Source: Eledone cirrhosa
Taxonomy: Eukaryota
Length of the DNA stretch: 64,000 bases
Assembly: GCA_964016885.1 (NCBI GenBank)
Contig: OZ024743.1
Coordinates: forward strand, 359,848,001 to 359,912,000
Direction: 5' to 3'
Shown: in pieces, positions 51,925-62,952 of the stretch
Layout: each line of letters begins with the position of its first letter
How positions within the stretch are numbered: the stretch's first letter is position 1
Program-made: the position numbers and the translations under genes
Notes under the pieces: model-generated
What the model saw: the letters and a program-made list of their open reading frames with translations, nothing else
Told to the model about the DNA's origin: nothing
The model's database searches: none

Positions 51925-53305
51925 ACACACGCCTACGCTTATAAACACATAAAAACAATAAAATAAATATACAATATATTAAAATATGCATATAACGTCA
52001 CATAGAGATATATAAAAAAAAGAGAGGAGAAAGGAGAAGGTATGTGTATGCGTGTAATATAGTACGTATGGGGAGTATAATGTGCACACTTAGGTCTGTG
52101 TACGGAACAAATAATGTGTTCCAAAATGGAACACATGGGGAGTATGTATTCACGATTGAAAAGGTACACATGCATGGGGGCGCGTAGCCCGGTCATATTG
52201 GGGTCTGCCACTGTGGTTGAGGTGTGTTGTCCTATAGGTGCAAAGTACCTGACTGAGTGACCGTGGCATCCGGGTCAACCTGGCTAAGTACAGGCGATGT
52301 TCCTGCCTAGGGTGACGTGCAGAGTCGGGTATGCATCTTGGGATATTTTGGTTTACCCCACGGGGCATATAATGTCATCAGCGTATGGTGTCCGATACCT
52401 TGAACCCGTTTCGTCGATCTGGTCGGCGCGTACTCCGCCGCATGCTCTTAGCCTGGGCTTCCCGTGGGATTCCATGCGGAGAGTGTGCACATTCTCTGGT
52501 GTCTGCAGGTCATGATAATTTCTGATTTCAGGTTGACCGCTTCATCCTTCAGTCTGACTATTTCCATGGACTCGTATAGGTATAAGCTACATTTTCTACT
52601 TCCAGCCGAGTATGCATTCGCATGCCGAACGATACTCCAGTCAAGGGCGTACGGGTGCTTTTGACTTTCAGGTCCTACACCAGGTCCGCTAGCTTAGTGG
52701 AGTGCATCTTGCTTCGGTTCTTGACATCCACGATTAAAGGGCGTGGATGTTGCGCGGATGTAGGTGCGCTTTACATTGTGGGTGCTAACAACACATTTGT
52801 ATACCAGGCCCTTCGTCAGGCATTTTCCCTGTAGGGGGAACTGGGTGCACACTCTGCAGTTACAAATTCTGTTGTTATTTTGTTCGCTTCGCACGCCTGG
52901 CCCTAGATCTGCTATGGCCCTCTCACGATTCTCAGGGTGTTGTTCCGGCGGCTCGGTGATCTCCCCCTTGCCACTCGTTGCCACCTGGCCGCCTTCCGCG
53001 GCGGCCGTGTATGGATATATGAATTTGGTTACATTGTTTATATTCGTGCAAGTATAACAGGATGCATCCTTTCATGGATAACCCTGTATGACCTTTTGTG
53101 CAGATTTATATGACTGTGAGTATATCACATTTGAGTACGAACAGAGATATAAGTGTAAGTGTATGTATTTTTGTGGAATGTATATGGGCACGCAGGTATC
53201 TGGGCGCGTATTTGTTTGAATGTTTATGTGTGTGTGTACGTGCACCTAAAACAGGCTAACGATTGCTGGTGAGTACGTGTATGTGTACGTACATATACAC
53301 ATATG

Positions 53306-53342
<37 letters not shown>

Positions 53343-54100
53343 ATGTGTTTGTGTTGGAAGTGTGTCTGTCTTTGTGGCTCTTTGTACGGACAGGCGTGTG
53401 TATGTGTGTGTGCGTGTCTATGTATATGTCTGTACGTGTTTGTGTATATGAGTAGATGTACGCGTACGCATGTGTGTGTCCTTGTATGCGTGTGCTTGTG
53501 TGTGTGTGCGTGTGCGTGCGTGTCAGAGCTCTTGTACGAGGGCATGTAGACAGGCGCCTGTTGACGCGTATGTTGTTAGTTATATGGTCGTGAGCGTGTG
53601 TATATGTATATGAGATAGTGTGTGTGTATATGTATATGGGTGTGTATATGTACATGTGTGCGTATGTATATATATATGTATATATGTATGTGTGCGCGTG
53701 TGTGTATATGTGTATGTATATATGTATATGTGTGTGTGTGTGTATGTGTGTGTGTGTGTATGTGTGTGTGAGTGACTTGTGAAATACCCAGCATGAATTC
53801 ATTGAAGTATGTCGGACGGAGAGTAGCTATGGGCAGTATGGCAGCAATTATTGGTCAGAATTTATGATGACGTAGACAATAACAGCCAACAGCAGGACAA
53901 GCGAGGAAGATGTTTTTTGAAGCTAAAACCCCAGTGAGAAAATTTGTTCCGAAATTATTGGAAGTGTCCGATGAACCTGCAGTTCTAGAATCAGACAGAT
54001 CCATACAATGATCGTGTCTCGAGCTGTCTGCCGGCGAAACAATTGTAACACACAATAAATTGAGTCCAGATGCATCACTGATTTTTCGTTTTATATTATA
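50168..54100 (-). mobile_element. Penelope-like insertion: truncated minus-strand copy (50168-53010) plus inverted pLTR (53030-54100)
   Basis: CNCRVCTQFPLQGKCLTKGLVYKC..TYIRATS at 52694-52984. 50168-51290 and 53030-54100 are reverse complements. Same family as 5940-8545. Confidence 0.88.
53964..54051 (+). ncRNA. Hammerhead-like motif, CCGAUGA core variant, 61 nt stem II region
   Basis: GTGT-CCGATGA(53968-53974)..CAGACAG/CTGTCTG helix..GAAAC(54036-54040)-AATT-GTA^-ACAC. Confidence 0.55.
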
Positions 54101-54907
54101 CTAGCATTAAAGCCCGGCATTGCTCGGGGTCATTAAGTTACCAAAGTTAGGTTGCACCACCCATTTTATGGCAGCACTTTTTTGTCTGCCAGGCACTGGG
54201 TGAATGAATTGCAGACCTGGAAGCAGGAGCTGCTCCAGTAGTGACAATTGTAGTTTCGCCTATGGATATTATCTCTGTGCAAAAAAGTGTTGAAATTTAT
54301 TGTTTCACAGTACTTGCGCAACACGCGCGTAGACGATGCCAGCCGAACAACAGAGCTGCGATGGAGTTGTTCTGCATGGTTGTCTGTGTGTTTTCTAAAT
54401 TTAAGACAGTAGGGAGGGTTGTGATATGAGGGAGAGTTAGCTGTTGTTTCTAGCAGGTTTAGTGACCTCATAGAGGATATGTGTTTTCTAAATTTAAGAC
54501 AGTAGGGAGTGGTGTGATATGGGGGAGAGTTAGCTGCTGTTTCTAGCAGGTTTAGTAACCTCATAGAGGATATGTGTTTTCTAAATTTAAGACAATAGGG
54601 AGTGGTGTGAACGGACAGTATCACCATCAAGCTTGGAAAGAGAAAATAGCAGAAAGTATGAAGTTGTATAGATTTTGAATGGTAGTGGAAAGAGTTTAGC
54701 AGTTTAAATGACAGAGAAAAATCGTAAAATATTGAGTTTTATCTATTTTTTTGCGTAATTGTGGGTGAAATTGAAAAAATTATCTGCGTCAAGACGCAAT
54801 CGAAACTATTTCGAATACTGAATTGTTAATTTCAATTGAAAAAATTCTATATCGTAGATTTCTATAACGAAGGAGCATGACCACACACTGAACTTTATAG
54901 ATTATGA
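54101..54907 (-). mobile_element. Non-autonomous Helitron with internal 93 bp tandem repeat
   Basis: Minus strand TC start; CCCGAGCAATGCCGGG hairpin then CTAG end; inserted between A and T. Repeat units begin at 54387, 54480 and 54573. Confidence 0.8.
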
Positions 54908-55849
54908 TACATATACCCCCCCTCTCTCTTTCTCTCTATCTATATATATATGGTCCATCACCATCACCATACAACCATAACACAGCATATATATATTTAT
55001 TAACTTTGGTGCAAATTGAGGAGAACAAATTCAGTACATGGATAGAGTGATATATATTTTTTCTTATCTATGGTGGGGTTTTCCTAGGATCAGAAGCCTT
55101 AGGGTTAGTTTCGATATCGCTGAAAGAAAGTTCCTGTCCACAGATGCTGACAAGAACCAAAGATATCTGCTTTTCTGTTAATTATTTGCAGTCCACCTCT
55201 GATTATCTCAAGGGTTTCACTCAGAGACAGAAAATTCAGGAGTCACATCCGTCTGGAGGCACATCACGATCATTGTACCAAGTTTCTAAATCTGATCCGA
55301 AAGGGCTGGGCTTTCTCGTTTATCGATCCTACTAAAGGAGTGGTGTTGAATGTAATATTTTTCCCATGAAGCTATTTCTCCTGGTCCTACAAAAATTGTT
55401 GCATCATCCCTACTTACTCCTAATTAACTGAGATGTTGTTGCAGCCTTGACCATTGTTGTTGAAGCGATGATAGTTAACCACATCTTCCCGCGCCATCGT
55501 CATCTAAGTTTCATCATCATGTAAACCCTACTGGTAAAGTATTTACAATTGATCTGATTCCAGAGTGAGTGAATGATCTCAGTCCTTAGAGTCACTGGCG
55601 AATTCAAGAAGGCTAGGAGCATGTAGGTTTGGAACTATTCTTAAGCAATAGATAGATGTTGTTTACAACCATTGTGATGCTACTCTGATGCTGTTTATGC
55701 TAGCCCATATGATAGAAGGCCTTTGAAGGAGCCACATGAATAACCCGCCCGTGACGTATGACTGAATGAAAACATGAGTAATTTTACCTTTATTTTTGTT
55801 CACGCCATCTTATTATAATTTATGTAACTTTCTATTCATGCAATAGCTG

Positions 55850-56600
55850 CCTGATACAACCCATCATAGAAGCTCCTCCCACCCTATTGATAAACATGTA
55901 GGTTCAAATATACCTAAATGGTTCTTTAATATAATAGACAATGTTTTCCACAACCAAATAAGTACCATAAATTACTAAAAAAAAAACAATGCTATAAAAC
56001 TTTCATCTTCAACAACATCTAACTTACATGAATATTTAATAGCAAGTAATAATGCTAAATTGAATAAATATAATGTAGTATCTGATAATTCAGTAGATGC
56101 TAGCATGACATAAGCACAAGTAATTATAAAGAAATCTCATCCTTGTAGAAGACTGAACGAGTGTAATAACCCTAACACTCATGCTAACCAACGTAATAAC
56201 CAATAATCATGCTAACCTATTAACGATCTATAACTGCAACTATAGACATCCACAAAACTGCTCCTTGACATGTTTGTGCTTCACTACTAACTTAGTTTAT
56301 CAATGCATTGTCTCTGCATCTAATGGAACTAATCCTTACGTAGGGGACATGATTAATGTGTTTATATCACATCACTATTCCCACCTCCACTCTTTTAAAT
56401 ATGTTAAACTGAGGAATTCTATTTCGCTTGCAAGTCACATATTGTATTTGAAAAGCAATAGTATTTCTTACTCCATGTCTTGGTCAGTATTGAAACCTGC
56501 AAACTCCTATGAGCCAGGAAAATAAATGCAAAAGGGAATGCCTCCTGATAATAAAGTCCAATCTAGAAGTCCGAAATAATGTCTACATGCCCCCATAGAA
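55850..56600 (+). mobile_element. Decayed Penelope-like C-terminal fragment
   Basis: NIPKWFFNII..KYHKL..IKLSSST; CNYRHPQNCSLTCLCFTTNLVYQC..YVG..SLASHI..SWSVLK. Collinear with 60970-61600. Confidence 0.8.
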
Positions 56601-56944
56601 ATTTCTCTTGTTTTATTTTACTATTTTAAATGTAATCAAACAAAATAAACAATTTAATGGATCTTTTAAAACTAAGTCATTATCACATTTACTTACCTAT
56701 AGCTCTAATAAACAACACGCCTTTTTTTAATTTTAGATGCCTTAGCCACTTAACATTAATGGTAAAATTCTTCTCAATCCGGTCCATACCTTTGTATATG
56801 TTTATGTGTGCACTTTTTTACGTTTGAACTCTCTCATAATGTGTAGTATACCGTATTTAAAAGAATGCGCACTTGTAATGTAACTATCTAACAAAAAAAT
56901 GATCTACAGAAAAAAAAAAAATGGTGACACAATCTTATAACTTA

Positions 56945-57805
56945 CTAGCAGTAAAGCCCGGCGTTGCTCGGGGTCGCTCAGTAGCTGTGTTAAAGTTACA
57001 ATGTTAAGTTTCTTTCTTGGCTTAAAAACTGTAGTGTCTACTGTGCAGACTTGCATGTGGTGTTTTTGATTAATATTCCCTCAACCAACAATATGCCTTA
57101 TGAAGTTAAGAAAACATAACGATAACCCGAATGTTATAACAAAAGAGGATGCTGGGGATAGAAACTGCACTGCTTATTTATTAACAAAGATCGAAAATGT
57201 AAACACTGCAACGCAGAGAAAAACATTAGCGTAACCAAATTATCAGTTATGTCTGTCTGCACGCCTATATCACCTCTCTGCACGCCTATGTCACCTCTCT
57301 GCACGACTGTCTGTCTGCACGCCTATATCACCTCTCTGCACGACTGTCTGTCTGCACGACAGTCTGTCTGCACGCCTAACGACGAAATATTTGCTTGTTT
57401 TACGTAGTCTTTAAATAGACTTGTTTTCAAGTAAAAATATTGTTTTAAAATGCTTTTAAATGGAAATGAAGCAAAACGGAAGCTTAGTGTTCGAACTGAT
57501 GAATTTTGCAGGTCAATATTTTGCTGGCTCGACAACTGTTAAAGCCAGCGTAATTTTTTACGTAAGACGCTCAATGTAAACAGAACAAAGGGAAATAACT
57601 GATAACTTACGCTCAAAAATCGATACATTATATTCGATTTCGTCACATAGGGTGGGTCAATTTGAAATTTCTTTTTTCCGATGTCTTCGCTAGGGCTCAA
57701 TGTACAAGTATAGCAATTTCAGTGCAATTCCGTGAGAGATTCTAAGAGGAGATGTGTGCCAAAAATCCATAGACAGACAGACAACCACAGTTTTATATAT
57801 ATAGA
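56945..57805 (-). mobile_element. Non-autonomous Helitron
   Basis: Minus strand A^TCTATATATATAAAA ... CCCGAGCAACGCCGGG-CTTTACTG-CTAG^T. Internal TCTGCACG minisatellite at 57250-57378. Confidence 0.88.
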
Positions 57806-57928
57806 TTACAGTGGTATCATTTATAAAAATCATTATTTAAATTACACCGCCAAATGTTTGAAATTACGCCATATATATATATATATATATAGAAAGATTT
57901 GAATGGATACAGTTTAGTTGAAAGGAAT

Positions 57929-58048
57929 TTATTGACACGTGTTTCTATAACAGTTACATAACCTAAAACAGCTGCTATCTACAAACTTTTAGTTATGCAG
58001 ACATTCAATATTTCAATGTTATTATTTACTGTCATTTCATCAGAATAA
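57929..58048 (-). ncRNA. Hammerhead ribozyme (inverted pLTR copy)
   Basis: Reverse complement of 59073-59192. Confidence 0.7.
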
Positions 58049-58130
58049 TATTACTGAGGACCTATTTAGTTTTTATAGAGAATATTAGGAGGGAGGGGTG
58101 AAGTTGTTAGAGGAATAAAGAACTAAAACC

Positions 58131-58450
58131 CGTCACAGAACTAAAACCCTTTTTTCCCACTACAAGCCGAATATTACATAAAAGAGGGACATCCCCCAAC
58201 TATATAAACCTTAATCTAGTTAGAAAAATATAAAAACAATCTCTTCTCAACATATATTAATAACCTTAAATTACCACACTAATAATGGAAAGATATGCTG
58301 ATGAGAATAGGTACAAATATGCGATAATGAATGTGTCTAAAAACGTCCATAAGTATGTATATATATGTGAAAATGTATATAAATAAGTAAATATATATAT
58401 ATATGTTTGATGTGTATAGTTAGATGTAAGTGTATTCATGTATTAAAGTG

Positions 58451-58501
<51 letters not shown>

Positions 58502-59347
58502 ATGTATATATGTGTATATGGATGTGTATGTATGTGTATGTGTGTACACATGGACTAGAGTATGTATGTATATATGTGTGTGTCTATACGTGTGTATATA
58601 AAGATAAGTTGAGTATGAAAATGTATACACATGAGCGCGTATGTATGTACATGAATACATGTGTGTATATATATGTGTATGCATGTGTATATATATGTAA
58701 GTATGAATATGTGAATTGTGAGTATATGTATTTTGTAGAGGTGTGCAAATATATTTGTTTGTGAATGCGTGGGTGAAAGGATACGTACACTTGAAAGAAA
58801 AATTTAAGTCTGAACGTTAATTAAGTGCAAACACAAAACCAACCACGCATATCTTTACTATCTCTACTATCTCTAATCCTTCTATAGATTTAGAAAAATA
58901 ACCAATAATATATTCTATAAAAAATGTCAAAACAACAGATGGGAATCTAATTACTCACTGCCACCAAGAATTCTCACTGCTATCGAGAAACCACTCCTTC
59001 AACTATTCTTCTAACAACTTCACCCCTCCCTCCTAATATTCTCTATAAAAACTAAATAGGTCCTCAGTAATATTATTCTGATGAAATGACAGTAAATAAT
59101 AACATTGAAATATTGAATGTCTGCATAACTAAAAGTTTGTAGATAGCAGCTGTTTTAGGTTATGTAACTGTTATAGAAACACGTGTCAATAAATTCCTTT
59201 CAACTAAACTGTATCCATTCAAATCTTTCTATTTTTCTCCGGATTACTTTTGGAACTACAACTGGAACCGTCGAGCAAACTCTACGTGAGCTGATAATCT
59301 ACTGTGTGTAATATTTATATTACAACACAACGGAAAATACTGTATAT
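58131..59347 (+). repeat. 5' pseudo-LTR
   Basis: Direct repeat of 61667-62889; begins with the last codons of the ORF, as expected for pLTRs. Confidence 0.92.
59073..59192 (+). ncRNA. Type-I hammerhead ribozyme with 91 nt branched stem II
   Basis: TTATT-CTGATGA(59078-59084)-A-ATGACAGT..ACTGTTAT-A-GAAAC(59176-59180)-ACGT-GTC^-AATAA. Confidence 0.72.
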
Positions 59348-59396
59348 TTACCTCCTGTAAAGTCGAGCAACCCACACAGCAAACGCAACCACAACA

Positions 59397-61744
59397 ATGG
59401 AAAAACACTACCTGGATATGTCACTCAAAAACATACCAACCCAAGGTAGAAAGGAATATTTATTGAGTATGATTCAAAAAACTAATGAATTCATTCGACG
59501 TGTCAGGTGGAAAACGCTCCACTATGATAGAAGCCGTATGAACTCAACATTAGAAAGTGGTGTAAACAACAAATTCGGTTTTAGGACTTGTAAAAACCCA
59601 CCCACCAACCCACTATTAGATGCATTTGAGCAGGACCTTATGAACTTAATCCTTAAAATTAAATTCAAAGGACGCAACACCAACAGCAAATTACAGAAAG
59701 ATATAAAAAAACTACTGGACGACCTTAAAAACACCAAAGGAATTGTAGTAAAAGCGGACAAAACATCAAACCTGTACACTATGGATTGCACTACATACAA
59801 CAACTTCATTCGAAAAGAATTACATAAAAAATATAGAAAAACGAGTGAAGTAACCCTTAAGCACATCAATGATGAGGCATGCGAAATAGTGAAAAATCTC
59901 GGAATCGAAGATAGGACAGGACCACTCTTACCGGCGGTACCCACCTTCAATCTTAAGAACCACAAGTTAACTTTGATAATGACCCTAAAATTAGATTAAT
60001 CTGCCCCTCTAAATCAGATATAGGTAAAATAAGCAAATATATCTTAGATAGAATCATCCCCCAAATTAAGGCTAAGGTTAACATTAAACTCTGGGGGAAG
60101 ACCCAAGAAGCAATAAGATGGTTTAATAGCATTAGCAATAAGAATAAATCTAAGTTTATCCAGTTTGATATCGATGAATATTACTCATCGATATCACCTG
60201 AAACTTTGAATAGAGCCATTAAGTTTGCTAAGGATAACTCTGACCTTACAAACGACGAAATTAAGATTATATTAGAAGCTAGGAAAACTATAGTCAAATT
60301 TGAGAACAGTTATTGGGTACGTAAAGATAGACCCTCTAACTTTGACATAACAATGGGCTCTAACGATTCGGCGGAAATAACTGATATTGTGGGGTTATTT
60401 ATCGCCTTTAGACTCCAGGAAAAATTCAGCAATCTCCACGGCGGAATATACCGCGACGATGTTCTCCTCCTAGCTAAAAACCTTAATAACCAAAAACTAG
60501 AAAAACTACGCAAAGATATAAGAAAACTACTACTCGAAATAGGACTAACTATAACATATGAATACAACCTTAAAGTAGTTAACTTCCTGGATGTCACACT
60601 CAATTTAAACTCTGGTTTGATTAAACCGTTTCATAAATTGAATGAAAATCTCAAATACGTAAATGTTGGGTCTAACCACCCCATCTCTATAATTAAATCT
60701 ATCCCTAAAAATATTTCCCTTAGAATCTCGGGTCTATCTTCTAACATACAAGTATTTAAGGAACACGCCGAGTACTACGATAACGCCCTTAGTAAAGCAG
60801 GCTACCTCAACAAAATAGAGTACATAGATGGGAACAATCAAAACACCCAAAATAAATCCCACATCGGTAGATATAATAACACAACACCAAACCACACTTA
60901 CTACCATAGTATGCACACCAGTAAACCAACAAACAAAACTAATAGAAAGCGATGCAAAGAGTACTTATGGTATAACCCCGAATACAATAGTTCCATTAGT
61001 ACAAATTTACCAGTACTCTTCTTTAAAATAATTAAAAGACATTTTCCCACATCACACAAATACCACAAAATCCTAAACCCTACCACTATAAGACTGTCAT
61101 ACTCTACAGCGTTAAACCTTGAACAACACATAAAAAAGATCAATACTAGAAGGTTAAACGAAAACACTAAGAACTTAAGTACAAAGAACACAAAAAAAAC
61201 AGTAAACAATACACTACAGAACATAAATAAACCACACCTAAGTTCGTCCGCAATACTACTCCAGAGAAAACCCAACGTACACAACTGTAACTGCACCTAT
61301 CCTGACAACTGCCCCCTCGGCAATAACTGCCTGGAAAAAAATATTATTTATAAGTGTACCATTAAATCCGGAGGCAACGAGTGGTATTACGTAGGATCAA
61401 CGGCAACATCGTTTAAATCTCGATTGTATAGGTATTCTTACTCAATAAAACACCAGAGCCAAAGAAATGTAACAACTTTAGCAGAAAAAGCTTGGACGCT
61501 CAGGGATAGCGATCAAAGGTTTACCCTAAAATGGGAAAAATTAGCTAAAACCCAAAGCTTTTCCAGGAGCCAAAATTTCTGCAAATTGTGTAATCTTGAG
61601 ATTTATTACATAATCACACACAAGAAGAAACTGCTGAATAACAGAATTGAACGAACATTATTCTGCCGTCACAGAACTAAAACCCTTTTTTCCCCACTAC
61701 AAGCCGAATATTACATAAAAGAGGGACATCCCCCCACTATATAA
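59397..61744 (+). CDS. PLE polyprotein (RT + GIY-YIG endonuclease), one frameshift near 59966
   Basis: SLKNIP..FIRRVRWK, VKADKTSN, NLKNHK/NF..PKIRLICP, QFDIDEYYSSI, FDITMGSNDSAE, IYRDDVL, NFLDVTLNL, YVNVGSNHP, WYNP, CNCTYPDNCPL, IIYKC..YVGST..FKSR, CKLC, CRH. Confidence 0.9.
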
Positions 61745-61971
61745 ACCTTAATCTAGTTAGAAAAATATAAAAACAATCTCTTCTCAACATATATTAATAA
61801 CCTTAAATTACCACACTAATAATGGAAAGATATGCTGATGAGAATAGGTACAAATATGCGATAATGAATGTGTCTAAAAACGTCCATAAGTATGTATATA
61901 TATGTGAAAATGTATATAAATAAGTAAATATATATATATATGTTTGATGTGTATATTCATGTATTAAAGTG

Positions 61972-62044
<73 letters not shown>

Positions 62045-62882
62045 ATGTATATATGTGTATATGGATGTGTATGTATGTGTATGTGTGTACACATGGACTA
62101 GAGTATGTATGTATATATGTGTGTGTCTATACGTGTGTATATAAAGATAAGTTGAGTATGAAAATGTATACACATGAGCGCGTATGTATGTACATGAATA
62201 CATGTGTGTATATATATGTGTATGCATGTGTATATATATGTAAGTATGAATATGTGAATTGTGAGTATATGTATTTTGTAGAGGTGTGCAAATATATTTG
62301 TTTGTGAATGCGTGGGTGAAAGGATACGTACACTTGAAAGAAAAATTTAAGTCTGAATGTTAATTAAGTGCAAACACAAAACCAACCACGCATATCTTTA
62401 CTATCTCTACTATCTCTAATCCTTCTATAGATTTAGAAAAATAACCAATAATATATTCTATAAAAAATGTCAAAACAACAGATGGGAATCTAATTACTCA
62501 CTGCCACCAAGAATTCTCACTGCTATCGAAAAACCACTCCTTCAACTATTCTTCTAACAACTTCACCCCTCCCTCCTAATATTCTCTATAAAAACTAAAT
62601 AGGTCCTCAGTAATATTATTCTGATGAAATGGCAGTAAATAATAACATTGAAATATTGAATGTCTGCATAACTAAAAGTTTGTAGATAGCAGCTGTTTTA
62701 GGTTATGTAACTGTTATAGAAACACGTGTCAATAAATTCCTTTCAACTAAACTGTATCCATTCAAATCTTTCTATTTTTCTCCGGATTACTTTTGGAACT
62801 ACAACTGGAACCGTCGAGCAAACTCTACGTGAGCTGATAATCTACTGTGTGTAATATTTATATTACAACACATCGGAAAATA

Positions 62883-62889
<7 letters not shown>
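61667..62889 (+). repeat. 3' pseudo-LTR
   Basis: Direct repeat of 58131-59347. Confidence 0.92.
62616..62735 (+). ncRNA. Hammerhead ribozyme (3' pLTR copy)
   Basis: CTGATGA 62621-62627, GAAAC 62719-62723, ACGTGTC^AATAA. One A>G change in stem II converts A-U to G-U. Confidence 0.72.

Positions 62890-62949
<60 letters not shown>

Positions 62950-62952
<3 letters not shown>

Larger units (their letters stand above)
57891..62889 (+). mobile_element. Near-intact Penelope-like element (probably Hydra-type, C-terminal EN) in (TA)n
   Basis: Inverted pLTR piece 57891-58115, pLTR 58131-59347, ORF, pLTR 61667-62889. The pLTRs are almost identical; (TA)n on both flanks. Confidence 0.93.

Noticed and set aside
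50422-53802. Many YI/HT/CV-repeat ORFs (also at 3389, 4955, 16591, 18269, 48251, 58407, 61969)
   Set aside because: Translations of (TA)n/(CA)n microsatellites.
59397-61744. Naiad-type selenoprotein PLE
   Set aside because: The endonuclease is C-terminal, and no in-frame TGA was seen at the Cys motifs.
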